DNA of 64,000 nucleotides from a bacterium (lineage in GTDB: Bacteria; Electryoneota; JAOADG01): the NCBI GenBank assembly GCA_963681965.1, contig OY820579.1, positions 1,024,001 through 1,088,000 on the forward strand, read 5' to 3'. The translations under genes were made by a program, and so were the position numbers. The notes beneath the pieces were generated by a model. It saw only the letters and a list, made by a program, of their open reading frames with translations. It made no database searches and had not been told where the DNA came from. Below, piece after piece: positions 18,309-26,767 of this stretch. Position 1 is the stretch's first letter. Every line of letters begins with the position of its first letter.

Positions 18309-20645
18309 CTACTTACGATTAATCGACTTTTTGGCATGTTCATGAGCCAATAAGACGGCATTAGGCGTTGCTGGCAATGATAACTGAATCGGAACACTGT
18401 GATTGACCGCTGCCGATAGCGCATCTTTAATTGCAAAGAAAACGGCTTCGCCGTAAATCAATGGTGGTTCACCGATAGCTTTGCTTTGGTAGACACTGGC
18501 ATGCTCGCGATCGCAATCTACCATATCCACTATAAACGTTTCCGGTAGATCTTTGATCGTGGGGATTTTATAGGTAGACGGCGATACCGCTAGATATTCA
18601 CCGGAGACCGGATGAAAAGCGAGTTCTTCGAACGTACACCAACCCATGCCTTGAATGAACGCGCCTTCAATTTGACCGCGATCAATTTCCGGATTAAGCG
18701 ATCGTCCGGTTTCGTGAACGATGTGTGTTGATACGATGCGGAAGGTTCCATCCATCAATTTGAGTTCAACCACTGCTAATGCACAACCGAATACAAAATA
18801 AGCGAACGGCGAGCCATGGAATGCGACTCGATCGAATACTAGGTTCGGGGTTCGATAATAACCGTGTGCACCCAACGCAATTCGATTCATGTAGGCATAG
18901 TGAACGACTTCCGGAAAAGTTAAGATGTGCTCGGGAGCAGTTCGGGAGTAAATCGTATCGGCTTCGAAAACGATTTCATCCGGTGAAACTTCAACATCCC
19001 ATTTCTCACGATAGAGCAAAATCGCTTGATCAGTCAGTCGGTCTCGGAGAATCTTCGCGGCGATTCGTGCCGCGTTCCCATTGATATCCGACCCGGAAGA
19101 GGCTGCCGTTGGCGATGCATTGCCTACGCGTTTCGTATTGGCAGTTTCAACGCGAATTCGCGAAAGCGAAACACCTAATTCGCGTGCAACCACTTGCGCC
19201 ACCTTCGTATTGAGTTCTTGACCCATTTCAATACCGCCGTGGCTCAAGGAAATCGAACCATCGGTATAGATCCAAACCAGTGCCGAACCCTGATTCAAAA
19301 ACGTCGCAGTAAATGAGATCCCAAATTTGGTTGGCATTACGCCAATACCGCGCTTAACGTCATGGTGCAATAGGTTGAAGTGATTTACTTCGGTTGTCAC
19401 TCGATCGTATTCGGCATCAGTACGCAATCGCTCCAATAATTCGACGGTTGCCGCCTCGTGAACTTGCTGACCGAAGGGAGTAGTCTGACCTTCCGAGTAA
19501 GAATTCATAATCCGGATCGTGAATGGATCAATCTTCAGCATTTCTGCAATGCGAGTAATTGCGCTCTCAATCGCAAAAATGCCTTGAGGTGCGCCAAAGC
19601 CACGCATCGCTGTATTGGGTGGAAGATTGGTGCGGCAAGCCCGACCGGTGATTTTTACGTTTGGGATGAAATAGCAGTTGTCGGCGTGGAGAACAGCACG
19701 ATCGAGAATTGCCAGCGATAAATCACAGTAGGCACCACCATTCGCATTCAATTCGACTTCGTACGCTGTGATCTTGCCACTCTTGGTAAAACCGATGCGG
19801 TAGCGGATATCGAAGGGGTGTCGTTTCCCGGTCCAGCGCATATCTTCGTGCCGGGTCAATATGAGTTCGGTCGGTTTTCCGGTCACTGCCGCTGCCAGAG
19901 CTGTCAAACACGACCAAAGCACCGGAGTGCGTTCTTTACCGCCAAACCCTCCACCAAGACGCGGTACTTCGATTGTGATATCCTTGCTATGTTTACCTAA
20001 GACCTTCGCACAAATCTCCTGTACTTCCGAAGTACTTTGTGTCGCCGATTGTAAAACGATCTCGCCGTTTTCACCCGGGATCGCAATACAGCGTTGCGTT
20101 TCTAGATAGAAATGTTCCTGTCCGGCAAGATGCAATTCGTCTTCCAGAATATGATCCGCTGCAGCAAATCCTTCTTCGATATTGCCGCGAAGAACATGGC
20201 GTGCGGGAACATACAATAAGTCCCGTTCGATTGCTTCGGCAGTGGTCAGAACCGGATGTAAGTTTTCATACTCGACGTTAACCTTACTTGCCGCGAGTTC
20301 GGCGATGCGAGCGGTCTCTGCCACAACCAGTGCGATCGGTTGTCCGATATATTGAACTTCATCGACTGGAAAAAGCGGTTCATCGAGTAGTACATGCCCG
20401 ATCATATTTTCGCCGGGAATGTCGCGGTGCGTGAGTATTGCAATCACACCCGGAATTGATTGGGCTGCGGATGCATCGATCGAGCGGATTTTCGCATGAG
20501 CATACTGACTTGGAACTGGTTTGAGAGCCAAGCATTGTGGAGATGGTAACATCTCACCGATGAAGCGCGACTGTCCGGTAACGTGAAGATTTCCACTCAA
20601 GTGCAGCGGTGTATTCGATTGCTTGGACGTCGGAGGCGTTCTCAT
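18309..20645 (-). CDS. xdhB: Xanthine dehydrogenase molybdopterin-binding subunit (Rhodobacter/eukaryote type)
   Basis: GQEHFYLE, GGGFGGKE, GKRHPF, NTAMRGFGAPQ, PTKFGISFT, SHGGIEMGQ, SPTAASSGSD and SKAIGEPP motifs. Confidence 0.93.
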   Translation of the reverse strand: MRTPPTSKQSNTPLHLSGNLHVTGQSRFIGEMLPSPQCLALKPVPSQYAHAKIRSIDASAAQSIPGVIAILTHRDIPGENMIGHVLLDEPLFPVDEVQYIGQPIALVVAETARIAELAASKVNVEYENLHPVLTTAEAIERDLLYVPARHVLRGNIEEGFAAADHILEDELHLAGQEHFYLETQRCIAIPGENGEIVLQSATQSTSEVQEICAKVLGKHSKDITIEVPRLGGGFGGKERTPVLWSCLTALAAAVTGKPTELILTRHEDMRWTGKRHPFDIRYRIGFTKSGKITAYEVELNANGGAYCDLSLAILDRAVLHADNCYFIPNVKITGRACRTNLPPNTAMRGFGAPQGIFAIESAITRIAEMLKIDPFTIRIMNSYSEGQTTPFGQQVHEAATVELLERLRTDAEYDRVTTEVNHFNLLHHDVKRGIGVMPTKFGISFTATFLNQGSALVWIYTDGSISLSHGGIEMGQELNTKVAQVVARELGVSLSRIRVETANTKRVGNASPTAASSGSDINGNAARIAAKILRDRLTDQAILLYREKWDVEVSPDEIVFEADTIYSRTAPEHILTFPEVVHYAYMNRIALGAHGYYRTPNLVFDRVAFHGSPFAYFVFGCALAVVELKLMDGTFRIVSTHIVHETGRSLNPEIDRGQIEGAFIQGMGWCTFEELAFHPVSGEYLAVSPSTYKIPTIKDLPETFIVDMVDCDREHASVYQSKAIGEPPLIYGEAVFFAIKDALSAAVNHSVPIQLSLPATPNAVLLAHEHAKKSINRK

Positions 20646-22138
20646 TTCGACTCCTTCCCGGAAAGAACCGCTTCCTGAAGTTTAGTAAGGTGTTGTACTA
20701 CGTGATTGCGGATCAATATTGAGCGGTACTCGGCACTCCCGCGGATGTCGGTCATTGGCGTGAAGTCATCGATGGCAAGTTGAGCGCATTGATCGATTAC
20801 CTCGGTTGTCAAATTTTTACCTACCAGAAATTCCGAACTCGGGAGCGACAAGCGGGGAATTTTATCTACGCCTCCAAATGCGAATCGACTGGATATAATC
20901 GACGATCCTTCGATTTGAATGGAACAGGCAGAATTTACCGAAGAGATATCGACTGCGATACGCTTGCTTGATTTAATGAAATTCGAAAATCCGGTTTTGA
21001 TCGGAAGAATGATCGCGGAAATAATCTCCAGTAATTGCAGCGCAGTTTTGCGATAATCGAGGAAGAATTGATCGATCTTCACGATCCGAATCCCGTTCGA
21101 AGAACGTAGCTCCAATTTTGCATCGAGCGCCAGTAGCGCTACCGTTCCATCGGCGATGGGTGAAGCGTGAGCGACATTTCCTGCCAGCGTCGCCACATTT
21201 CGGATTTGTGAAGAACCAACCCACGTCGCGGCTGTGACCAGCATCGGGAAATGTGTTTGCACGAATGTGTTATCGATAATTTCCCGATAGGTTGATGTGG
21301 CACCAATCCGAATCTCGGTTCCGTTTCCGGTGATCCTTTTTAATTCCGGGATTTTGTCGATATCGATAAAACATGCGGGAAATCGTCGTTGAACATTCCG
21401 TTCGACGTAGATATCAGTTCCACCGGCGATGAGCCGGAATTCATCCGGTTTCGAAAATGTATCGAGTAGTTTAAATAAATCATTAATTGTTTCTGGAGTA
21501 TGGTAATCGGTCGTCGAACGCTGTTCGTGATTAGAGGTAGGTTTTGAACCGATATCAATATGATTATCCAATAGAAAAGATTTTGCCGCATCACACGATC
21601 TCGGATAGAGATTTTCTTTTCCATCGAAAGTGGAAAATGTTTCAGCTAATATCTCGGCAGCTGCGAGAATCGACCGATAACCGGTACAGCGACACAAATT
21701 GCCTTCCAGTGCAGTCTTCAGTTCCTCAACTGTCGATGTCTCGTGGGTCGTGAAATGGCAAAACAACGTCATAATAATACCGGGAGTACAGTATCCGCAT
21801 TGAGTTCCATGTTGTTCGAGTAGAATCTGCTGTATTGGATGGAGTTGAGTTCCGGCAGCGAGTCCTTCGACGGTTAGGATATGCTTTTGATGCATCCTTG
21901 CTGTGGGAAATAGGCACGAATTAATCGCGCGATAGCGAAGTACTCCAGTCGAATCAATTTCGCCTACTGCTATTGCACATGCGCCACAATCGCCTTCCGA
22001 ACAAACTTCTTTTGTTCCAGTTAAACGCAATTTGTCCCGGAGTAATTCCAACGACGTTTCATCGGGATTCACATCGCAACTGACCACTCGGTCGTTGAGC
22101 ATGAAAGTGATTGTCTGTTGAGTAATTGAATCGTTCAT
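20642..22138 (-). CDS. xdhA: Xanthine dehydrogenase small subunit (2x[2Fe-2S] plus FAD domains)
   Basis: GTKEVCSEGDCGAC, HGTQCGYCTPG, GNLCRCTGY, AGGTD and QIRNVATLAGNVAHASPIAD motifs. Start taken at the ATG at 22138 (MNDS). Confidence 0.92.
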   Translation of the reverse strand: MNDSITQQTITFMLNDRVVSCDVNPDETSLELLRDKLRLTGTKEVCSEGDCGACAIAVGEIDSTGVLRYRAINSCLFPTARMHQKHILTVEGLAAGTQLHPIQQILLEQHGTQCGYCTPGIIMTLFCHFTTHETSTVEELKTALEGNLCRCTGYRSILAAAEILAETFSTFDGKENLYPRSCDAAKSFLLDNHIDIGSKPTSNHEQRSTTDYHTPETINDLFKLLDTFSKPDEFRLIAGGTDIYVERNVQRRFPACFIDIDKIPELKRITGNGTEIRIGATSTYREIIDNTFVQTHFPMLVTAATWVGSSQIRNVATLAGNVAHASPIADGTVALLALDAKLELRSSNGIRIVKIDQFFLDYRKTALQLLEIISAIILPIKTGFSNFIKSSKRIAVDISSVNSACSIQIEGSSIISSRFAFGGVDKIPRLSLPSSEFLVGKNLTTEVIDQCAQLAIDDFTPMTDIRGSAEYRSILIRNHVVQHLTKLQEAVLSGKESK

Positions 22139-22209
22139 TGCTATTGTCCGATTCCTGAAAAAAGTAAATAAATAGAAAGAATTCAATTCGAATAGGTATC
22201 ACAATTACA

Positions 22210-22300
22210 CTCCGAGGAATCAATCTCGAAGTCGGATGGATCGCGGCTCATCGATGTCCATGATTAGGGTAACGCGGTAAGTTCCGTTGAGAGGCATCCG
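22210..22300 (-). promoter_or_regulatory. Structured 5' leader of the xdhA operon (riboswitch/attenuator candidate)
   Basis: On the minus strand CGGAUG (22300-22295) pairs with CAUCCG (22238-22233), enclosing two small hairpins, followed by the stem ACUUCGAG/CUCGGAGU. It starts just after the predicted transcription start. Confidence 0.4.
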
Positions 22301-22312
22301 TAATTAAATCAC

Positions 22313-22341
22313 AAAATAGTTGAATATTCTTGTAAATACAA
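22313..22341 (-). promoter_or_regulatory. Putative sigma70-type promoter of the purine catabolism operon
   Basis: Minus strand TTGTAT, 17-nt spacer, TATTTT. Confidence 0.55.
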
Positions 22342-22585
22342 GGTTTTTTGGTGAGTAATACGGTTTTTATACCGCTTCATTTGGGTCATTTTCAAATCTT
22401 TGATCGAGTGTTCCACGTCACAAATTTAAATAGAAGCGGGTTTGTAATTTGCTAATATTCAATTAGATAATATTTAACTAAGAAATTATCGACACGAGTG
22501 CGGAATTTCTTTGGTAGCATTTTGCGATAAAGTATTTTACAGTAGAAAGTATTTGCACTGAATTCGGCTATATTAACTGGATAAA

Positions 22586-24790
22586 ATGAAAATTCCATTC
22601 GCACTCATATCATTTCTAATATTGCTAAGCGTAGGATTATCCGGATGTCAGAAAGCATCGGTCGATCCAGTCGCATATCCGATTCAGTTTAAGCAGATTC
22701 GTACCTTTTCGTCGGATGTAACTGATCTACAACTGATTGATTGGAATCATACCGGAAAACGACAAATCCTAATAGGCTATTTTGGAGTGAATGAAGAGGC
22801 GCCTCGCTTCCGGGTCGAGAATTGGAATGGTCGATTGTTCGATGGTCGCTTATCGCGTAAAGTGTTTCAAGTTCGAAATCAACGTCAGAATCCAACCGAC
22901 ACGATTCGGTATCAATGGATTGAAACCGAACTCGACAGCGACAACGATGGTCGGTTTGAGTGCTTTCTACAGGAATCGACGCCTTCTGCGGTTTCATTAA
23001 TCGAGTTCGATCCCGATCGAAAGAATTCCTCTTCTTTTCGCGAAACCGATTCGTCCAAATTGCTGCAATTATCGCGTCCGGAATCGTTACCGGCAGAATT
23101 GCCATGGATTGTCACGATCCACGGACCTTACCCCTTGAAAAAACGACCGAATGAACCGATTGCCTGGATCTCCATCGATTATGGTATTACCAATCAACCT
23201 GGAATGTTGATTTTGTTGGATAGTATTCACCCTTGGAAAGAACGATTTCGGTATACTGCTCATTCCGTTCCTCAATTGGTTACTTGCTTTGACCTCAATC
23301 GGGATGGCGTAAGCGAGTACATTGTTGCGATCAATCCCAGCGATCAACCGGTATCGGATGATGATTCAGTAAACAATGTTGCCAGTGTTATCGCTTTGAA
23401 TACAACCGGAAAGAGACTTTGGCAAACGGTTGTAAGTAGACATTCCCATAAAATATCGACACAATTCATAAATGGATCCGTTCCGAGAGTTGCGGCAATC
23501 GAAATAGTCAGCGATTCTTCCGGAGCCACACAATCGCATCTCGTTGAAATGCAGCTCGGAACCGGAAAAATTGTCGTCGATACGGTTCTATCCGGGCACA
23601 TTATGATCCCCGATCCTGCTTCCAAAATAGCACGTAATTGGGCATTGCTAGTGAATGAAACCGCGAACTCGATTCAGTGGTTGGATCGTAACTATAAACC
23701 CTCCGGAAAGATTCAATATTTCAGTGGTATTACGCGTGTCATCGGCAAAATTGACAATTCCGATCCCGAGATTCCATCGTTATACGAAGTCGTCACAAAT
23801 GACGGGGACAATTCTGTTTACTTAAATCGCGATTTAGAATTGATGGCAATCGCTCCGTTTTCCATCTTTCCCGATGAATATTCATATTTGAACTGTATTC
23901 CTAATGAAAAACGATTCGTCACCGAGGGGGTGATCGATGGATCGAGACGGCAGATTTTAAAAGGAATTTCCGGCGACGAATTTACGTTTGTGTATGCCTC
24001 GAAGAATCATTTTTGGCTGATCTGGCGTTACCGTTGGTTGATGACGATCGGTGGTGGTTTAATCGTAGGCTATTTTGGATTATTCTATTCACTGAAGTTT
24101 TACCGGAAACGTCGGGAACACCGAATTGCCGAGTTGGAAATACGTGAATTGTCACGGGAGTTAACCGGTGCCGAAGAGCGCGAACGACAGCGTATCGGTC
24201 GGGATTTGCACGATGGAGTCGCACAAGAATTACTGGCGATCAAACTCAATCTGGAATCGCTTCGCGATGCGAAATCGTCGGATTGCTCTGCCGATTCAAC
24301 GATCCAAAAGACCGTCGATCAATTGCATCACACCATCCAAGAAGTTCGAAGTATCAGCCATCGGTTACTCCCTGCCGGATTGGATACCTTTGGTCTATTG
24401 ATCAGTATTCGCTCTTTGATCGACGATTTTCGACAGGAGACGCATCTTACTGTAGACTTTGAATCGATTGCATGCGAGGATTTAGAACCACACGGTGATT
24501 TGGCAATATTGATTTATCGCCTAGTACAAGAAGCTCTAAACAATATTCAGCGGCACGCTGAAGCGACCAAAGTCCGAGTTAGAATGGAACGCAATTTTCG
24601 ATCGGTTTGTATCGTCATCGAAGACGATGGAAAAGGCTTTGAAGTGGTACAACGCAGGATCGCCGCGGTCGCCGATAAACGTCTAGGACTTTACGGTATG
24701 ACTGTGCGAGTGCGACAACTGAATGGTACAATTCAAATCGATTCGCAACCGAATCTTGGAACCCGAATCACAGTTACAATTCCAGTGTGA
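22586..24790 (+). CDS. Sensor histidine kinase (HisKA_3, NarX/UhpB type) with a large extracytoplasmic FG-GAP-like domain
   Basis: Lipobox LSGC, DxDxDG-like loops (DWNHTG, DSDNDG, DLNRDG), a TM helix, then EERERQRIGRDLHDGVAQ, QEALNNIQRHA, EDDGKGF and LGLYGM. Confidence 0.92.
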   Translation: MKIPFALISFLILLSVGLSGCQKASVDPVAYPIQFKQIRTFSSDVTDLQLIDWNHTGKRQILIGYFGVNEEAPRFRVENWNGRLFDGRLSRKVFQVRNQRQNPTDTIRYQWIETELDSDNDGRFECFLQESTPSAVSLIEFDPDRKNSSSFRETDSSKLLQLSRPESLPAELPWIVTIHGPYPLKKRPNEPIAWISIDYGITNQPGMLILLDSIHPWKERFRYTAHSVPQLVTCFDLNRDGVSEYIVAINPSDQPVSDDDSVNNVASVIALNTTGKRLWQTVVSRHSHKISTQFINGSVPRVAAIEIVSDSSGATQSHLVEMQLGTGKIVVDTVLSGHIMIPDPASKIARNWALLVNETANSIQWLDRNYKPSGKIQYFSGITRVIGKIDNSDPEIPSLYEVVTNDGDNSVYLNRDLELMAIAPFSIFPDEYSYLNCIPNEKRFVTEGVIDGSRRQILKGISGDEFTFVYASKNHFWLIWRYRWLMTIGGGLIVGYFGLFYSLKFYRKRREHRIAELEIRELSRELTGAEERERQRIGRDLHDGVAQELLAIKLNLESLRDAKSSDCSADSTIQKTVDQLHHTIQEVRSISHRLLPAGLDTFGLLISIRSLIDDFRQETHLTVDFESIACEDLEPHGDLAILIYRLVQEALNNIQRHAEATKVRVRMERNFRSVCIVIEDDGKGFEVVQRRIAAVADKRLGLYGMTVRVRQLNGTIQIDSQPNLGTRITVTIPV

Positions 24791-24797
24791 GTGAGTT

Positions 24798-25463
24798 ATG
24801 ACGGTAAAAAAACGAATTATTGTTGTCGACGATCATCCGATGTTTCGCGATGGTGTCAAAGCGCGACTTAGGTTGGATGACCGGTTTGAAATTGTTGCCG
24901 AGGCGGGAACGGTTCAAGAAGCTTTACGGATCATACGCGCAAAGAATCCCGATGTCGTATTGTTAGATATCTCGCTTCCCGATGGAAATGGCATCGAATT
25001 GGCGAAAGAAATCAAATTTCTGCAACCGGACGTGAAAATCCTTTTTTTGAGTTTTCTGATTAAACGAGAATTCATTGCATCGGCGATTAGTGCCGGAGCA
25101 AATGGATATATCGGGAAAGACGCCGTAGGCGAAAACTTGATCGCCGCGTTGGATGCAATTCTACGAGGATCGTTGTATATCGATAGTTCCATCCCTTTTC
25201 AAGTTGTTAAAAGCTTAACCGACGACAAGCAGAAAATTGAAAAAGGCGATTCGGTAGCTTTGTCTGCGCGCGAACAGGAGATTCTCAAGTACGTTGCCGA
25301 AGGAAAATCGTCGAAGGAAATTGCCGACGCTCTAACAATCTCGGTAAAAACCGTCGAGAATCACCGAACAACCATCATGACCAAGCTGAAGTTGAATAAT
25401 GTTGTCGAGATGGTCTGGTATGCAATAAAAATTGGATTAATCGATCCCGAATCGAAGCGTTAA
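24798..25463 (+). CDS. NarL/FixJ-family response regulator (REC plus LuxR HTH)
   Basis: VDDHP, LLDISLP, GANGYIGK and LSAREQEIL...ISVKTVENHR motifs. Confidence 0.95.
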   Translation: MTVKKRIIVVDDHPMFRDGVKARLRLDDRFEIVAEAGTVQEALRIIRAKNPDVVLLDISLPDGNGIELAKEIKFLQPDVKILFLSFLIKREFIASAISAGANGYIGKDAVGENLIAALDAILRGSLYIDSSIPFQVVKSLTDDKQKIEKGDSVALSAREQEILKYVAEGKSSKEIADALTISVKTVENHRTTIMTKLKLNNVVEMVWYAIKIGLIDPESKR

Positions 25464-25502
25464 CTTCACAAATTCCAGCAAAAAACCTCCAATTGTGTTA
25501 TC

Positions 25503-25579
25503 GTCGGGATTTATTCCCGCCGACTAGGTAGAAATCCCTATAGATCCGTGTTTTTAAAAAGGTTACCCTATAACTAGGG
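25503..25579. promoter_or_regulatory. Cluster of palindromic operator-like sites upstream of the AgmX-like gene
   Basis: CGGGA-TTTAT-TCCCG (25505-25519), TAGG-N8-CCTA (25525-25540) and CCCTA-TAAC-TAGGG (about 25566-25579). Confidence 0.45.
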
Positions 25580-25675
25580 TGACTGAAGAACGTTAGTTTG
25601 TCGGGAATCGATACCGATATCCGGAACAAATAGCAGAAGTTCTTCCGACACCATGATCGAATCTGGGAGGTTCAA

Positions 25676-26716
25676 ATGAATACTGCAGTACAAACTTTTC
25701 CGAAAGAATTCGAAGTTCATTTCTTTCGTGATGTCGACAAAGAGTTGCTACTCATCGTTGTCGTATGCTATACCATAACACTGCTGGCTTGTTCAGTAAT
25801 GATGAATATTCGGTTGCCGGGAATTACCGTAGAAGATGCAAACAAGTGGCTGAACTCGATTGCGCCGGTGCGAGTCGATATCAGTCAAATTGAAACGGTG
25901 AAGCCGAATAAAATTATTTCAGTGCAATCCCCAACGGAACCATCGGGCAATGGAAACAATCTTATTTCGGGAATCAGCACCGAGGCACAACAACAACAAT
26001 CGATCGATGCGATGACGGCAGTTCAGTCGGTGGGAATCTTCTCGCAGGCTGGAGGTCGAACCGATAGTCGAAAGGGAAATGGTCAATATGGTGGCGGTGC
26101 GATGGAGGGTGGTGGAAGTCCAACTGGTACTGGTCTTGGATCGGGATATCGAACTGGCTTGAAGTCGATACAATCGGGAAGCGATCTCGGAAATCTGTCG
26201 CACATTGTAATGGATCCAAAAAAATCGGAAGCAATTGCACAACTGAAAGCCGGTGGAAAAATGCTTTCGGGATCTCCAACTCAACAGGGAAAACGCCTCA
26301 CACTCTCGCAATTGCGCGAACTCCCGCTGGAAAAACTAATCGAACGTGCAACAGTTCACACCAGCAGCGCTTTTCAAATGGCGAGTCCCGGTCAAGCGAT
26401 TTCTGCAAAGGGTAGAAGTAAAGCAGATGTATATATGATTGTCTCGAGCAATGTCAACCAGATTCGTTCTTGCTTTCAATCCATGCTGCGTCGCGATCCC
26501 GGTTTGGAAGGAAGCGTGACACTTTCATTTACAATCCAACCAAATGGAAAAACGAAAAACGTTAGGATACTGGAACGAACTTGGACCGATACTGCGCTAG
26601 GAAAACTAGTCGAAGCGGCAATATGCGAGCGGATCGGAATGTGGCAGTTCGGAGCAATCGATCCTACTGCCGGTGACTTAACTGTCTCTTCGATGAGTTA
26701 TGTCTTTACTCGCTAA
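25676..26716 (+). CDS. Membrane-anchored protein with AgmX/PglI (TonB_C-like) C-terminal domain
   Basis: N-terminal TM helix and Gly-rich linker. The C-terminus (IRSCFQSMLRRDPGLEGSVTLSFTIQPNGK...ICERIGMWQF...YVF) is typical of AgmX/GltG-like domains. Confidence 0.75.
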   Translation: MNTAVQTFPKEFEVHFFRDVDKELLLIVVVCYTITLLACSVMMNIRLPGITVEDANKWLNSIAPVRVDISQIETVKPNKIISVQSPTEPSGNGNNLISGISTEAQQQQSIDAMTAVQSVGIFSQAGGRTDSRKGNGQYGGGAMEGGGSPTGTGLGSGYRTGLKSIQSGSDLGNLSHIVMDPKKSEAIAQLKAGGKMLSGSPTQQGKRLTLSQLRELPLEKLIERATVHTSSAFQMASPGQAISAKGRSKADVYMIVSSNVNQIRSCFQSMLRRDPGLEGSVTLSFTIQPNGKTKNVRILERTWTDTALGKLVEAAICERIGMWQFGAIDPTAGDLTVSSMSYVFTR

Positions 26717-26767
26717 TAAAGCTGTGTAAATCGAATTTATCACAAAATCTCAAGGAACGAGGTTATC

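Noticed and set aside
125-22000. Many short ORFs overlapping the operon genes (e.g. 7157-7798, 11650-12258, 13722-14378)
   Set aside because: They are antisense or alternate-frame shadows of well-supported genes and show no recognisable motifs.
7897-22138. Selenocysteine (UGA) read-through in the Mo-hydroxylase and yge genes
   Set aside because: All ORFs are full length for their families and no in-frame UGA splits a domain.
22207-22300. Moco riboswitch reading on the plus strand (ACTCCGAG...AGGGT...)
   Set aside because: Only fragments resemble the motif, the GAAA-loop stem and GCCUCC are missing, and the orientation is opposite to the Moco/xdh operon.
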